A DNA stretch of 64,000 nucleotides from Verrucomicrobiaceae bacterium (GTDB lineage: Bacteria; Verrucomicrobiota; Verrucomicrobiia; Verrucomicrobiales; Akkermansiaceae): assembly GCA_051252135.1 (NCBI GenBank), contig JBPOGH010000006.1, positions 128,001 to 192,000 on the forward strand, written 5' to 3'. A program made the translations under genes and the position numbers. This document shows, piece by piece, positions 52,469 through 62,032 of this stretch (position 1 is its first letter; each line of letters begins with the position of its first letter). The notes below the pieces were generated by a model that worked only from the letters and a program-made list of their open reading frames with translations, had not been told where the DNA came from and made no database searches.

Positions 52469-52864
52469 TTAGAACCAATTGGTTAATTTGAGTTTCGGGA
52501 CACGGCGGAATTCATCGGTGTTTCCGGTGATGAGTTTGAGATTATTGGCAAGAGCTGTTCCGGCGATGAGGTAGTCGATTGATCCGATGGGGGTGCCTTT
52601 TTGTTCCAGAAGGGCACGGGTTTGGGCGGCCATTTCAGCTTCGGCGGTCTCGAAGGGGATGATCCTAAGGTAGGAGAGAAGGGTGTCGAGTTGTTGCTCT
52701 TTTCTTACTCGATTGTCGGCAGACTTGTGGATGCCAATGCGGAGTTCGTAGTAGGTCGGGATGGCGATGGCGAGTTGGTCGGGAGCGTGGGCTTTGAGCT
52801 TTTTGACCACGTCGGGATTACGGCGCAGAATGGCGATGCAGGTGTCGGAATCGAGGAGATACAT
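52469..52864 (-). CDS. vapC: VapC PIN-domain toxin
   Basis: YLLDSD, EL..G, GTPIG..DYLIA, LITGN..EF.RV..L...NW. Confidence 0.93.
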   Translation of the reverse strand: MYLLDSDTCIAILRRNPDVVKKLKAHAPDQLAIAIPTYYELRIGIHKSADNRVRKEQQLDTLLSYLRIIPFETAEAEMAAQTRALLEQKGTPIGSIDYLIAGTALANNLKLITGNTDEFRRVPKLKLTNWF

Positions 52865-52869
52865 GGAGA

Positions 52870-53100
52870 TTACCAAGCGATGTTCCGGTCGTCCTTTGGG
52901 CGGGCGGGGAGTTCCCAGTCTTGATTGGGGTCGCCGCCGAACAGCTCATCGAAGTTTTCAGGCCACCCTGAGGTTTCCGGGAGAAGGACGATGGAGTTGC
53001 CTCGATTTTCAATCCGGATGCGCCCCACGGGGAGGTCGAATCCTTTTGGGAGTCGCACGGCCAGGGAGTTCCCGGATTTGAAGACGGTGGTCGTTTTCAC
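52870..53100 (-). CDS. vapB: VapB antitoxin (AbrB/MazE fold)
   Basis: VFKSGNSLAVRLPK; directly upstream of vapC; GTG start. Confidence 0.92.
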   Translation of the reverse strand: MKTTTVFKSGNSLAVRLPKGFDLPVGRIRIENRGNSIVLLPETSGWPENFDELFGGDPNQDWELPARPKDDRNIAW

Positions 53101-53106
53101 AGAAGT

Positions 53107-53135
53107 AGTGTATACCAATTATGAGATATACGCAA
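53107..53135 (-). promoter_or_regulatory. vapBC sigma70 promoter with overlapping inverted repeat
   Basis: TTGCGT-17-TACACT-6-GTG; imperfect inverted repeat GTGTATA...TATACGC. Confidence 0.6.
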
Positions 53136-53222
53136 GATTGGCGTTTAGCGTCGCATAGGGGTGGGCCAAGGAGTGGGAATTGGTCGTTCTTATGCTGGAG
53201 AGTAGGTGAAGATTGTTGAATG

Positions 53223-53663
53223 CTATGGGGTCTTTTTGGCTACCTCAATCTCGTAGATGTATTTGCGATACATTTTGGACGCTCTTTCGAAATCGCCAGA
53301 ATGGTGAAGAGAATCGGCCAAGCACCGCAGGGTCCGGAGGTGGTAAGGATTCTTGTCCGTTCTTGTTGAAGGATACTTCGTATAGCATTTCTCAAAAAAA
53401 CGGGCGGCTTGATCCCATTTCTTTTGTCTGAACGCGCAAATGCCACGATAGTAACAAATGGGTCCCCAAATTGAGGGTTTTAAGTTCCCAGGAGTGGCCC
53501 GAAACTCGCTCAGGGTCGCTAGTTTTTCTTCGGCCTTAGCCCACTCTTCCGTTTTCATCAATTTCACAGCCTCATCAAGTAAGGCCGTTCGGTATGCTCC
53601 TAGTTCCGCACAAGCTGGATAGGTGGCCAAAAGGCCGAAGGTGAGAAGCAATAACAGCCGCAT
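53223..53663 (-). CDS. Secreted TPR-repeat protein
   Basis: Signal peptide; YYRG.C.F..K.W.QA..FFE TPR-like pattern. Confidence 0.7.
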   Translation of the reverse strand: MRLLLLLTFGLLATYPACAELGAYRTALLDEAVKLMKTEEWAKAEEKLATLSEFRATPGNLKPSIWGPICYYRGICAFRQKKWDQAARFFEKCYTKYPSTRTDKNPYHLRTLRCLADSLHHSGDFERASKMYRKYIYEIEVAKKTP

Positions 53664-53700
53664 AGACTTTACAACGTTTGAGCAAGCGGAGACTTAGATG

Positions 53701-55086
53701 TTAGCGCTTTTTTCCGGTTTCAAACTGCTTGCGCCAGTGGTCGAGGCGTTCGCTGATGCGTTTTTCCATGCCGTTGGAAGTGGGGTGGTAGTAGGTACGG
53801 CCTTCGGGGAGGTAGGCTTGGGGGGTGAAGTTGCCGTCGTAGTCGTGCGAGTAGAGATACTGCATGGCAGCGCGGGCGGCTTCCTTGTCCTTTTGGCCTC
53901 CGGCATTTTCGGCTGATTCTTCGTTGAGTTGTTTGCGGAAGCGGGTGCGAAGGTGGACGGGGACGGAGAGGGTGGCGCCGTTTTGGACGTCTTCCATGGC
54001 AGCGCCGAGTGCTTTGTAGGAGGCGTTTGACTTGGGGGCGGTGGCGAGGTGGACGGTGGCGTGGGCGAGGGGGATGCGGCCTTCGGGCATGCCGACGAAT
54101 TCGAAGGCCTGTTGGGCGGCGATGGCGACCTGGAGGGCGGAGGAGTCGGCGAGGCCGATGTCCTCGGAAGCAGAGATGACGAGTCGGCGGGCGATGAAGC
54201 GGGGGTCTTCGCCGGCGTGGAGCATTTTGGCGAGCCAGTAGAGGGCGGCGTCGGGATCAGAGCCGCGGATGGACTTGATGAAGGCGGAGATGGTGTCGTA
54301 GTGCTGGTCGCCATCGGCATCGTAAAGGATGGCCTTTTGCTGAATGGATTCCTCGGCGATGGCGAGATCGAGGATGACGCTGCCATCGTCTGCCGGGGTG
54401 GTGAGGATGGCGAGCTCGAGAGCGGTGAGGGCTTTGCGGGCGTCGCCATCGGCTTTCTCGGCGATGTGGCGGAGGGCTTCGGGGTCGGCTTTGATGTCGA
54501 GCTTTCCGAAGCCGCGGTCGGGATCGGCGAGGGCGCGTTCGAGGAGCTTGAGGAGTTCTTCGAGGGGGACGGGCTCGAGCTGGAAGACCTGGGAGCGCGA
54601 GACAAGGGGGGAGTTGATGTAGAAATAGGGATTGTGGGTGGTGGCTCCGATGAAGCGGACGGTGCCGCGCTCGAGGTGGGGGAGGAGGGTGTCCTGTTGG
54701 GCTTTGTTGAAGCGGTGGATCTCGTCGATGAAGAGGATGGTGGTCTGATCGCGGAGCTTGGAGTAGGTGCGGGCGGCTTCGATCTTGGCTCGGATTTCGG
54801 CGACGTTGGATTCGACGCCGTTGAGGGACTCGAAGCGGGAGCCGGTGGTGCGGGCGATGACGCTGGCGAGGGTGGTTTTCCCGGTGCCCGGGGGGCCGTA
54901 GAAGATGAGGGAAGTGAAGCGGTCGGCCTCGATGGCGCGGCGGAGGAGTTTGCCCTCGGCGAGGATATGGCGTTGGCCGGCGATTTCTTCGAGGGAGATG
55001 GGCCGCATGCGGGCGGCGAGGGGAGCCTTTGGGTCGTAGGCAGGCGTTTGGGACGGTGTTTCTTCCGGGGTGAAGAGGGAGTCCAT
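53701..55086 (-). CDS. rarA: Replication-associated recombination protein A
   Basis: [49 protein letters not shown]. Confidence 0.96.
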   Translation of the reverse strand: MDSLFTPEETPSQTPAYDPKAPLAARMRPISLEEIAGQRHILAEGKLLRRAIEADRFTSLIFYGPPGTGKTTLASVIARTTGSRFESLNGVESNVAEIRAKIEAARTYSKLRDQTTILFIDEIHRFNKAQQDTLLPHLERGTVRFIGATTHNPYFYINSPLVSRSQVFQLEPVPLEELLKLLERALADPDRGFGKLDIKADPEALRHIAEKADGDARKALTALELAILTTPADDGSVILDLAIAEESIQQKAILYDADGDQHYDTISAFIKSIRGSDPDAALYWLAKMLHAGEDPRFIARRLVISASEDIGLADSSALQVAIAAQQAFEFVGMPEGRIPLAHATVHLATAPKSNASYKALGAAMEDVQNGATLSVPVHLRTRFRKQLNEESAENAGGQKDKEAARAAMQYLYSHDYDGNFTPQAYLPEGRTYYHPTSNGMEKRISERLDHWRKQFETGKKR

Positions 55087-55149
55087 ATGGGTGATTTAAG
55101 GGTGATGATGGGCTTGTGACCACGAATTTTTCCCGATAGCTTCGGGTGC

Positions 55150-55743
55150 ATGAAGACATTGGCATCACTTTTTGAGAGCAATGAGCGTTGGGCGAAGAGC
55201 GTTGAGGAAAACGATCCGACTTTTTTTCAGAGTTTGGCTGAGCAGCAGACACCGAAGTATTTGTGGATTGGGTGCTCGGACAGTCGGGTGCCGGCAAATC
55301 AGATCACGGGACTGCGTCCGGGTGAGGTCTTTGTGCACCGGAATGTGGCCAATGTGGTGGGTCAGACGGATTTTAACCTCCTCTCAGTGGTGCAGTATGC
55401 GGTGGAAGTGCTGAAAGTGGAGCACGTGATTGTGTGCGGGCATTATGGATGCGGCGGAGTGGCGGCATCGGTCGATGGGCAGCGGCACGGATTGATCGAT
55501 AACTGGATCAAAGGGATTGGGGCGGTGGCGGCGGCCCATGAGGACGAATTGTCGGCATTGGATGATGCAGAGCGACTGGATCGTCTTTGTGAACTGAATG
55601 TGCAACAGCAAGCGAGGAATTTGAGCCGGACGACGATTCTTGAGGATGCGTGGGCGCGTGGGCAGAAGATTGATATTCATAGTTGGATCTACCGTCTCAA
55701 CGACGGTCGGCTGCGTTCCCTGACGGATCCGATCACAGCTTGA
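55150..55743 (+). CDS. can: Beta-class carbonic anhydrase
   Basis: WIGCSDSRVP, FVHRNVAN, CGHYGCGG. Confidence 0.96.
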   Translation: MKTLASLFESNERWAKSVEENDPTFFQSLAEQQTPKYLWIGCSDSRVPANQITGLRPGEVFVHRNVANVVGQTDFNLLSVVQYAVEVLKVEHVIVCGHYGCGGVAASVDGQRHGLIDNWIKGIGAVAAAHEDELSALDDAERLDRLCELNVQQQARNLSRTTILEDAWARGQKIDIHSWIYRLNDGRLRSLTDPITA

Positions 55744-55787
55744 GGTGAGTCTTGCCAAAAGGAAGGTGGCTGGCTGATACTCGATCT

Positions 55788-56291
55788 GTGAGCGATACAA
55801 AGCAGCCCTTGGTTGGCGTGGTGATGGGAAGTGATTCCGATTGGCCGACGATGGAGAAAGCCGTAGAGGTTCTGGAGCAATTTGGAGTGCCGTATGAGGC
55901 GAAGGTGGTGAGTGCGCACCGGACACCGGAGTTGCTGGTGGATTACTCCAAGTCGGCGAGGGATCGCGGGTTGAAGGTGATCATTGCGGGAGCGGGGGGA
56001 GCGGCGCACTTGCCGGGGATGGTGGCTGCGATGACGACGCTTCCTGTTTTGGGGGTTCCGGTACAATCCCGGGCGTTGAGCGGGATGGATTCGTTGCTTT
56101 CCATTGTGCAGATGCCGAAGGGGATTCCGGTGGCGACTTTTGCGATCGGCGAAGCCGGAGCGGGGAATGCGGGGCTTTCGGCGGTGTCGATATTGGCAAC
56201 GGCGGATGACGGACTTGCGGAGCAGTTGCAGCAGTTCCGCGATGACCAGCGTGACACGGTGCTTTCGAAAACACTTCCGCCTCAAGCATAA
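55788..56291 (+). CDS. purE: N5-CAIR mutase
   Basis: [34 protein letters not shown]. Confidence 0.97.
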   Translation: MSDTKQPLVGVVMGSDSDWPTMEKAVEVLEQFGVPYEAKVVSAHRTPELLVDYSKSARDRGLKVIIAGAGGAAHLPGMVAAMTTLPVLGVPVQSRALSGMDSLLSIVQMPKGIPVATFAIGEAGAGNAGLSAVSILATADDGLAEQLQQFRDDQRDTVLSKTLPPQA

Positions 56292-56297
56292 GAGATC

Positions 56298-57437
56298 ATG
56301 GTTTTACCCGGAGGAACGCTCGGAATTCTTGGTGGTGGGCAGCTCGCGCGGATGCTGTGTCTTGATGCGCGGAGGATGGGCTATCGCACGGTGGTGTGGA
56401 GTGGAACGCCGACGGCGGAGCCGACGGAGGGGGTGGCGGATGTGTTGATCAAGAAGGGTTTTGATGATACGGGCGCGTTGGCGGAATTCGCCTCGCAGGT
56501 GGATGTGGCGACGGTGGAGTTTGAAAATATTCCGTTGGAGACGTTGCGCGGGGTGGAAGAGAAGGTGGCACTTTATCCTTCTTCCGAGAGTATCGGGACG
56601 AGTCAGCACCGTTCACGGGAGAAGGCTTTTTTACGGGAGCATGACATTCCGTGTGCGCCTTTTGCGCTGGTGAATTCGCTGGCTGATTTGGAGTCGGCTT
56701 ATGCGGAAGTGGGTCCGGTGGGGGTGTTGAAGACGGCGGCTTTTGGGTACGATGGGAAGGGCCAGGTGAAGCTGGGTTCTGCGGATGAGCTTGAAGAGGC
56801 CTGGGCCGGTGTGGAGGAGCAGCCATCGGTGCTGGAGGGGTTTGTGGATTTTGAGTGTGAGATTTCAGTGTTGGTGGCGCGGGGAGCGGCAGGTGAGTGT
56901 GTGTCTTTTCCACCGGTGGAAAATCAGCATCGGCACCATGTGCTGGACTTTACGATTGCTCCGGCGCGGGTGAGCGGTGAGGTGCTGGCGGAGGCGCGGG
57001 CGATTGCGGAGAGGCTGGTGGGCGAACTGGATTACCGGGGGTTGCTGGCGGTGGAGTTTTTTGTGGAGAAGAGCGGGCGGGTGCTGGTGAATGAGATGGC
57101 GCCAAGGCCTCATAACTCGGGTCACTTTTCGATGAACGGCTGTGTGACTTCGCAATTTGAGCAGCAGTTGCGGGCGGTGTGCGGGTTACCGCTGGGGTCG
57201 ACCGAGCTCCTGAGTCCGACGGTGATGGTGAATCTGTTAGGAGATATGTGGCGGGGGGATCCCCGGGAGCTGGACACGGCTGCGATCATTTCGACGGAAG
57301 GGGCGAAACTGCACCTTTACGGGAAGAGCGAACCGGGCGAACGGCGGAAGCTGGGCCACGTGAATGTGGTGGGCGGGGAGGATGTGCTGGCGCGGGCCGA
57401 GGGGTTGAAGGACCGGTTGCTGGGCCAGCAACTATAG
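56298..57437 (+). CDS. purK: N5-CAIR synthase
   Basis: GILGGGQL, EFENIP, GYDGKGQ, NEMAPRPHNSGH, LYGK..RKLGH. Confidence 0.97.
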   Translation: MVLPGGTLGILGGGQLARMLCLDARRMGYRTVVWSGTPTAEPTEGVADVLIKKGFDDTGALAEFASQVDVATVEFENIPLETLRGVEEKVALYPSSESIGTSQHRSREKAFLREHDIPCAPFALVNSLADLESAYAEVGPVGVLKTAAFGYDGKGQVKLGSADELEEAWAGVEEQPSVLEGFVDFECEISVLVARGAAGECVSFPPVENQHRHHVLDFTIAPARVSGEVLAEARAIAERLVGELDYRGLLAVEFFVEKSGRVLVNEMAPRPHNSGHFSMNGCVTSQFEQQLRAVCGLPLGSTELLSPTVMVNLLGDMWRGDPRELDTAAIISTEGAKLHLYGKSEPGERRKLGHVNVVGGEDVLARAEGLKDRLLGQQL

Positions 57438-58874
57438 GTCGATGACGAAGCCGGACCTGCTGCTGACGGCTTCCGCTTCATCGACGTGAATCCAGCGGAT
57501 GCCGTAGTGGCGACCCCAGGAGTCACTGACGGCGATCTCGTTGGTCAGCTCATTGTAGCCGATGATCATGCAGATGTGGTAGTTCCCTTTGTCCTGAAGG
57601 TTGGGGATGTTGGCTTCTGCTTGAGCTGAGATTTCTGAGGCGTATTTGGACCAGTCGGTGATTTTTGTGCGGACCTTGGTGCGCATGTTGGCGGTGGAGT
57701 TGTAGAGCGGGAGGCTGCACATTTGCCAGAGGACGGGGACGCCTTTATCGATGTATTTTTTGAGCTTCTTGGGCTCGAGTGAGGGGAGGTCGATCTCGCG
57801 CGCGGTGCGGCCGCCTTTGCTGCGAGTGGTGAAGGCGACTTCATCGTAGAGCTTTCCGGTGTAGGTTCCGCCGCCGGGGGAGGTGGCAAGAGTGGCGAGG
57901 AGATACATGTCGGCTTCGACCCCGGCGTGGCGCATGGCGCGCTCAAAGGTGGCCGGGGCGCAGTATCCCTTGGGGCCTTGGTCGACCATGGGGATGTTGT
58001 CGACGTAGACATCGCCATTGTCTTTTTGAACGACGTTGTTTTTGAGCCGGATACGCATATCGCCATCGCTGATACGGTCGGCGCGGCCTTTGTCGTCGGC
58101 GAAGTCGGTGGTGACGATGCGGAGGCCGACGTATTCGTCTTTGGCGTGGGTGAGGAGGAAGGCGTGGCCGTTCCAATCCCAGCGTTCGACTTTGACGGTT
58201 TTGCTTCCCTGTCCGGCGAAGCGTTGGAATTCGCCTTTTCCCAAGACTTTGGTGAGGGCTTCGGAGATCATTTTGGTGTCATATTGCATGGCGCCCTCAA
58301 GGGTGGAGCGGTCGACGGTTTCTCCGTTATCGGTAAAATGATCCTCGCCGCTGCCGACGGTGCTAAGGGAGTCGCCCTTGTTGGAGTAGATGAGGGAGAA
58401 GGATTCGGTGCGTCCTTTGTCATCGCCGTAGGCGACGACGGTGTAGGGGTGGGCACCGGCGAACATGTAATCGGGGCGGGTGTAGAGGCGGTAGCTGCTG
58501 GTGAAGGGGGTTTTGGATTCGGCTGGCCATTTGAGGCGGGTGGCGACATCGGAGGCTTGTTCGTTCCAGAGTCTACCGGGTTTGGCGAAGAGGGGGACGC
58601 CGAGGGCTTTGTTGAGAGGCTCCATGGTCTGATCGAGCATGGCGTTGTATTTTCCCCAGGTGCTTGTGACGAGATGGCGTGATTCCGGGGAAAGGACGGC
58701 GAGGGGGGTGGGGAATTCCCGGCCGTCGGAGCGGCGGAGCAGGGCGGTGCCGTTTTCGAGATTGATGAGGTGGACCTTCAATTGTTCTCCGGAGTCACTT
58801 TGGAGAAGGAGGGGCTTATCTGCCAGGGCAGAGGAGCCGATCAAGAGAGTGAGGAGGAGGGTTGAAAGTTTCAT
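57432..58874 (-). CDS. Secreted protein with C-terminal papain-like (C39-like) peptidase domain
   Basis: Signal peptide; QGPKGYC, HICMIIGYN, SDSWG (Cys-His-Asp). Confidence 0.78.
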   Translation of the reverse strand: MKLSTLLLTLLIGSSALADKPLLLQSDSGEQLKVHLINLENGTALLRRSDGREFPTPLAVLSPESRHLVTSTWGKYNAMLDQTMEPLNKALGVPLFAKPGRLWNEQASDVATRLKWPAESKTPFTSSYRLYTRPDYMFAGAHPYTVVAYGDDKGRTESFSLIYSNKGDSLSTVGSGEDHFTDNGETVDRSTLEGAMQYDTKMISEALTKVLGKGEFQRFAGQGSKTVKVERWDWNGHAFLLTHAKDEYVGLRIVTTDFADDKGRADRISDGDMRIRLKNNVVQKDNGDVYVDNIPMVDQGPKGYCAPATFERAMRHAGVEADMYLLATLATSPGGGTYTGKLYDEVAFTTRSKGGRTAREIDLPSLEPKKLKKYIDKGVPVLWQMCSLPLYNSTANMRTKVRTKITDWSKYASEISAQAEANIPNLQDKGNYHICMIIGYNELTNEIAVSDSWGRHYGIRWIHVDEAEAVSSRSGFVIDL

Positions 58875-59191
58875 CGGGGAGAGCGGGAAGGAATCAAGGG
58901 AAGGAGCGAAAGGCGATGACGGATTTGTTGATTTTTTGTAGCGGGAGGGCGGGTTCTGGGGAGTTGGCAGCGTTCTTTGAGGTTGCCGGAATCTGAATTG
59001 TCCGTTTTGGTGAAAATAGCTTGATGAATCATCTGGAAATATAAGGATTACGGACCATCGGGATGACGTTTGAATGGACGGCATCCCGAACGTGATGGTC
59101 CGGAGGAACAATTCTGTTCGGTCCAAGAGTCGAACTCTTTGGTGGATTGATTCACCGTTGAATTCGAATTTGATTTGAACCCAATATTCTG

Positions 59192-60952
59192 ATGGAAAAC
59201 GCGTTAAGTTATTTCGACTACGGGGTCGTTGCCTTTTACTTTATTTTCATGGTGGGGATTGGTGTTCTCTTCCGAAACTACATCACGAACACCTCCGATT
59301 ACTTTCGGGGAGGGGGACAGATGGTGTGGTGGATGGCTGGCAGCAGCGCATTCATGGTTCAATTCAGTGCGTGGACGTTCACCGGAGCGGCGAGTAAGGC
59401 GTATGAGGACGGGTTGTTGATTTTGGTGATCTTTTTCGGGAACGCGGTGGGGTTCCTGATGAACTATTTGTACTTCGCCGGAAAATTCCGACAGCTTCGC
59501 GTCATCACTCCGGTGGAGGCAATGCGCCAACGGTTCGGGAAGGCTTCGGAGCAGGTCTTTACCTGGCTCCAGCTGCCGATCGGGACTTTGTATGCCGGGA
59601 TTTGGCTTAATGGACTGGGGGTGTTCTTTTCAGCGGTCTTTGGCTTCGATATTGCGACGACGATTCTGGTCACCGGACTGGTGGTTTTAATTCTTTCCGT
59701 GACGGGAGGAAGTTGGGCGGTGGTGGCCTCGGATTTCATGCAGGTTCTGGTGTTGATGCCGATCTCGCTGGTGGCTGCATTTTATGCGTTGAAGGAAGTC
59801 GGCGGGGCAGGGGCCTTGATCGAGCGTTTTCCTGCGGACCGGCTCTTTGGCGGAGAGACCAATTACCCGACCTTGATCTGGGTATGGGTGATCGTCATTA
59901 TCGTGAAGCAGTTCGCCTCGACCAACAACCTGATGGACGCATCGCGTTACCTTTGCGCCAAGGATACCTGGCATGCGCGTCGGGCGGCTCTGCTGGCCTC
60001 GGCGCTCTTTATCATTGGGCCGATCGTTTGGTTTATTCCCCCGATGGCATCCGCTATTTTGTATCCGGATATTGATGCGATGTTCCCGCAGCTGAAGAAC
60101 GGTTCGGAAGCAGCCTACGTGGCGCTCTGTATCAATACTCTACCGGTTGGTATGCTGGGGCTGCTGCTTTCGGGTATTTTTGCGGCCACGATGTCGTCCA
60201 TGGATAGCGGTCTCAACCGGAACGCGGGAATCTTTGTGCGAAATTTTTACCTCCCGCGTCTGCGGCCGAAAGCCGGGGAGCGGGAGCTGCTGATTGCGGG
60301 GAAGGTCTCGACTCTTATTTTCGGAGCGGCGATTATTTTCTCGGGTATCCAGTTTAGCAATATGAAGGAGCTGGCGCTCTTTGACCTTATGATGCAGTTC
60401 GGTGCCTTGGTAGCGATACCCATGCAGGTCCCGTTGATCTGGGGGATTATCGTGAAGCGAGTTCCGGACTGGGCGAGCTGGAGTTCCATTTTAGTGGGTC
60501 TGGTGACGTCCTTTTTGGTGAAAACGTATTTGGATGCCGAGTGGGTGAACGGCTTCCTAGGACTAGGGGTGGAGTTTTCCGGGAGAGAGGCGACGGATAT
60601 CACCCTCATAATGGGTGTTGTGATCAATCTTTTGGTCGGGTCGGTATTTTATCTCTCGACGATGATGTTCTATCGGGAGCCGACCGATAAGGTCAGGAAA
60701 GAAGAGGTGGAAACCTTGTTCAAGAACTTGCATACGCCCGTGGAGTCCGGTGAGGATGGATCCGAAGAGATGGATTCGAACCAAGGCGATTCTTTGGGGA
60801 TGCTCTCGCTGATTTATGGCGGCTTTGTGGCATTGTTGGCATTGATCCCCAATCCAATGACCGGGCGAATCGCATTCCTTTTCTGCGGCGGGGTTCTGAT
60901 TTTGATCGGGTATCTGTTGAGAAAAGGTAGCAAGGAAGGGGTTTCCAAATGA
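59192..60952 (+). CDS. Sodium:solute symporter (sugar)
   Basis: DYFRGG, FSAWTFTG, GGSWAV..SDF.Q, AATMSSMDSGLN. Confidence 0.93.
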   Translation: MENALSYFDYGVVAFYFIFMVGIGVLFRNYITNTSDYFRGGGQMVWWMAGSSAFMVQFSAWTFTGAASKAYEDGLLILVIFFGNAVGFLMNYLYFAGKFRQLRVITPVEAMRQRFGKASEQVFTWLQLPIGTLYAGIWLNGLGVFFSAVFGFDIATTILVTGLVVLILSVTGGSWAVVASDFMQVLVLMPISLVAAFYALKEVGGAGALIERFPADRLFGGETNYPTLIWVWVIVIIVKQFASTNNLMDASRYLCAKDTWHARRAALLASALFIIGPIVWFIPPMASAILYPDIDAMFPQLKNGSEAAYVALCINTLPVGMLGLLLSGIFAATMSSMDSGLNRNAGIFVRNFYLPRLRPKAGERELLIAGKVSTLIFGAAIIFSGIQFSNMKELALFDLMMQFGALVAIPMQVPLIWGIIVKRVPDWASWSSILVGLVTSFLVKTYLDAEWVNGFLGLGVEFSGREATDITLIMGVVINLLVGSVFYLSTMMFYREPTDKVRKEEVETLFKNLHTPVESGEDGSEEMDSNQGDSLGMLSLIYGGFVALLALIPNPMTGRIAFLFCGGVLILIGYLLRKGSKEGVSK

Positions 60953-62031
60953 CCGAAGGACGCGAACCGATATTGATGTTAGGTGCGAACCGGGTTTGGC
61001 GCACTTATCAGGGTGGACGGATTCTTGACGAGATCGAGGAAAAGGCGGAGCCCCAAGACAGTCATTTTCCGGAGGACTGGATTGGTTCCCTGACTGCGGC
61101 GAAAAACCCTGATCGTGAATTTGGGGAGGAGGGAATCTCGCGTGTGACACGATCCAATGGCGAATCAGTTTTGTTGACTGAGTTGGTCGCGGAGGATCCT
61201 GTTTATTATTTGGGGAGTGATCATTATGCGGCTTATGGTCTGGATACGCGAATCCTGGTCAAGTTTCTGGACTCGGCGATCAGGCTTCATTTTCAGGTTC
61301 ATCCTACGGCAGCGTTTTCCAAGCAGTTTCTCGGCTGTACGAGCGGGAAAACGGAGGCGTATGTGATTCTTGCGATCCGGGAAGGGATTGAAGAACCCTA
61401 TATTTATGCCGGGTTCCAGAGGCCGCCGGAGCGTGAGGTTTTGAAGGAGTGGATTGAGAATCAAGATATCGATGCGATCAAAACGTGTTTCGATAAGATT
61501 CCGGTGAAGCCGGGCGATGTCTTTCTCATCCCCGGCGGATTTCCGCATGCTCTGGGTGAAGGGATTTTGATGGTGGAGCTGATGGAGGCGAGTGATCTGG
61601 CTGTTCGTTTCGAGTTCGAGCGCGGGGGATTCGTGTTGCCCGAGGAGTCCCGGTTTTTGGGAAAAGATTTGGATTTTGCGCTCACCGTTTTCAATCACAC
61701 CCCTGTATCTGCCGATAAATTCCAATGTCGGCCAGAGCTGTTGAGGCGGTTTGCCGACGGGTCCGAGCAGCATCTGCTGATTGGTAAGAAACACACCGAT
61801 TGTTTCTCCGCCCGCGAGACAAGGATCGCAGAACGGATCTCCAAAGAAGAGAGGGGAGCTTACATCGGAATTGTGATGGAAGGTCGCGGTCGGATGACCT
61901 TGGGAGAAAGTTCGTGGGAGCTTGAGCCTTTTGATCGGTTTTTCGTGGCGGCGTCCTGTGGTCCGATCACCTTTGAAACGATCGACCGGCTTCGAATTTT
62001 GGAATGTACCCCACCCGATACCGACAATTAA
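60949..62031 (+). CDS. Class I mannose-6-phosphate isomerase-like cupin
   Basis: PEDW, LVKFLDS..RL.FQVHP, GKTEAY, PHALG, E..E.SD. Confidence 0.85.
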   Translation: MTEGREPILMLGANRVWRTYQGGRILDEIEEKAEPQDSHFPEDWIGSLTAAKNPDREFGEEGISRVTRSNGESVLLTELVAEDPVYYLGSDHYAAYGLDTRILVKFLDSAIRLHFQVHPTAAFSKQFLGCTSGKTEAYVILAIREGIEEPYIYAGFQRPPEREVLKEWIENQDIDAIKTCFDKIPVKPGDVFLIPGGFPHALGEGILMVELMEASDLAVRFEFERGGFVLPEESRFLGKDLDFALTVFNHTPVSADKFQCRPELLRRFADGSEQHLLIGKKHTDCFSARETRIAERISKEERGAYIGIVMEGRGRMTLGESSWELEPFDRFFVAASCGPITFETIDRLRILECTPPDTDN

Positions 62032-62032
62032 A

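Noticed and set aside
38825..55297. Long antisense or alternate-frame ORFs (e.g. 38825-40069, 40971-42449, 50080-51711, 50165-51427, 53694-55181)
   Set aside because: Shadows of real genes caused by high GC and strong strand skew; low-complexity translations with no motifs
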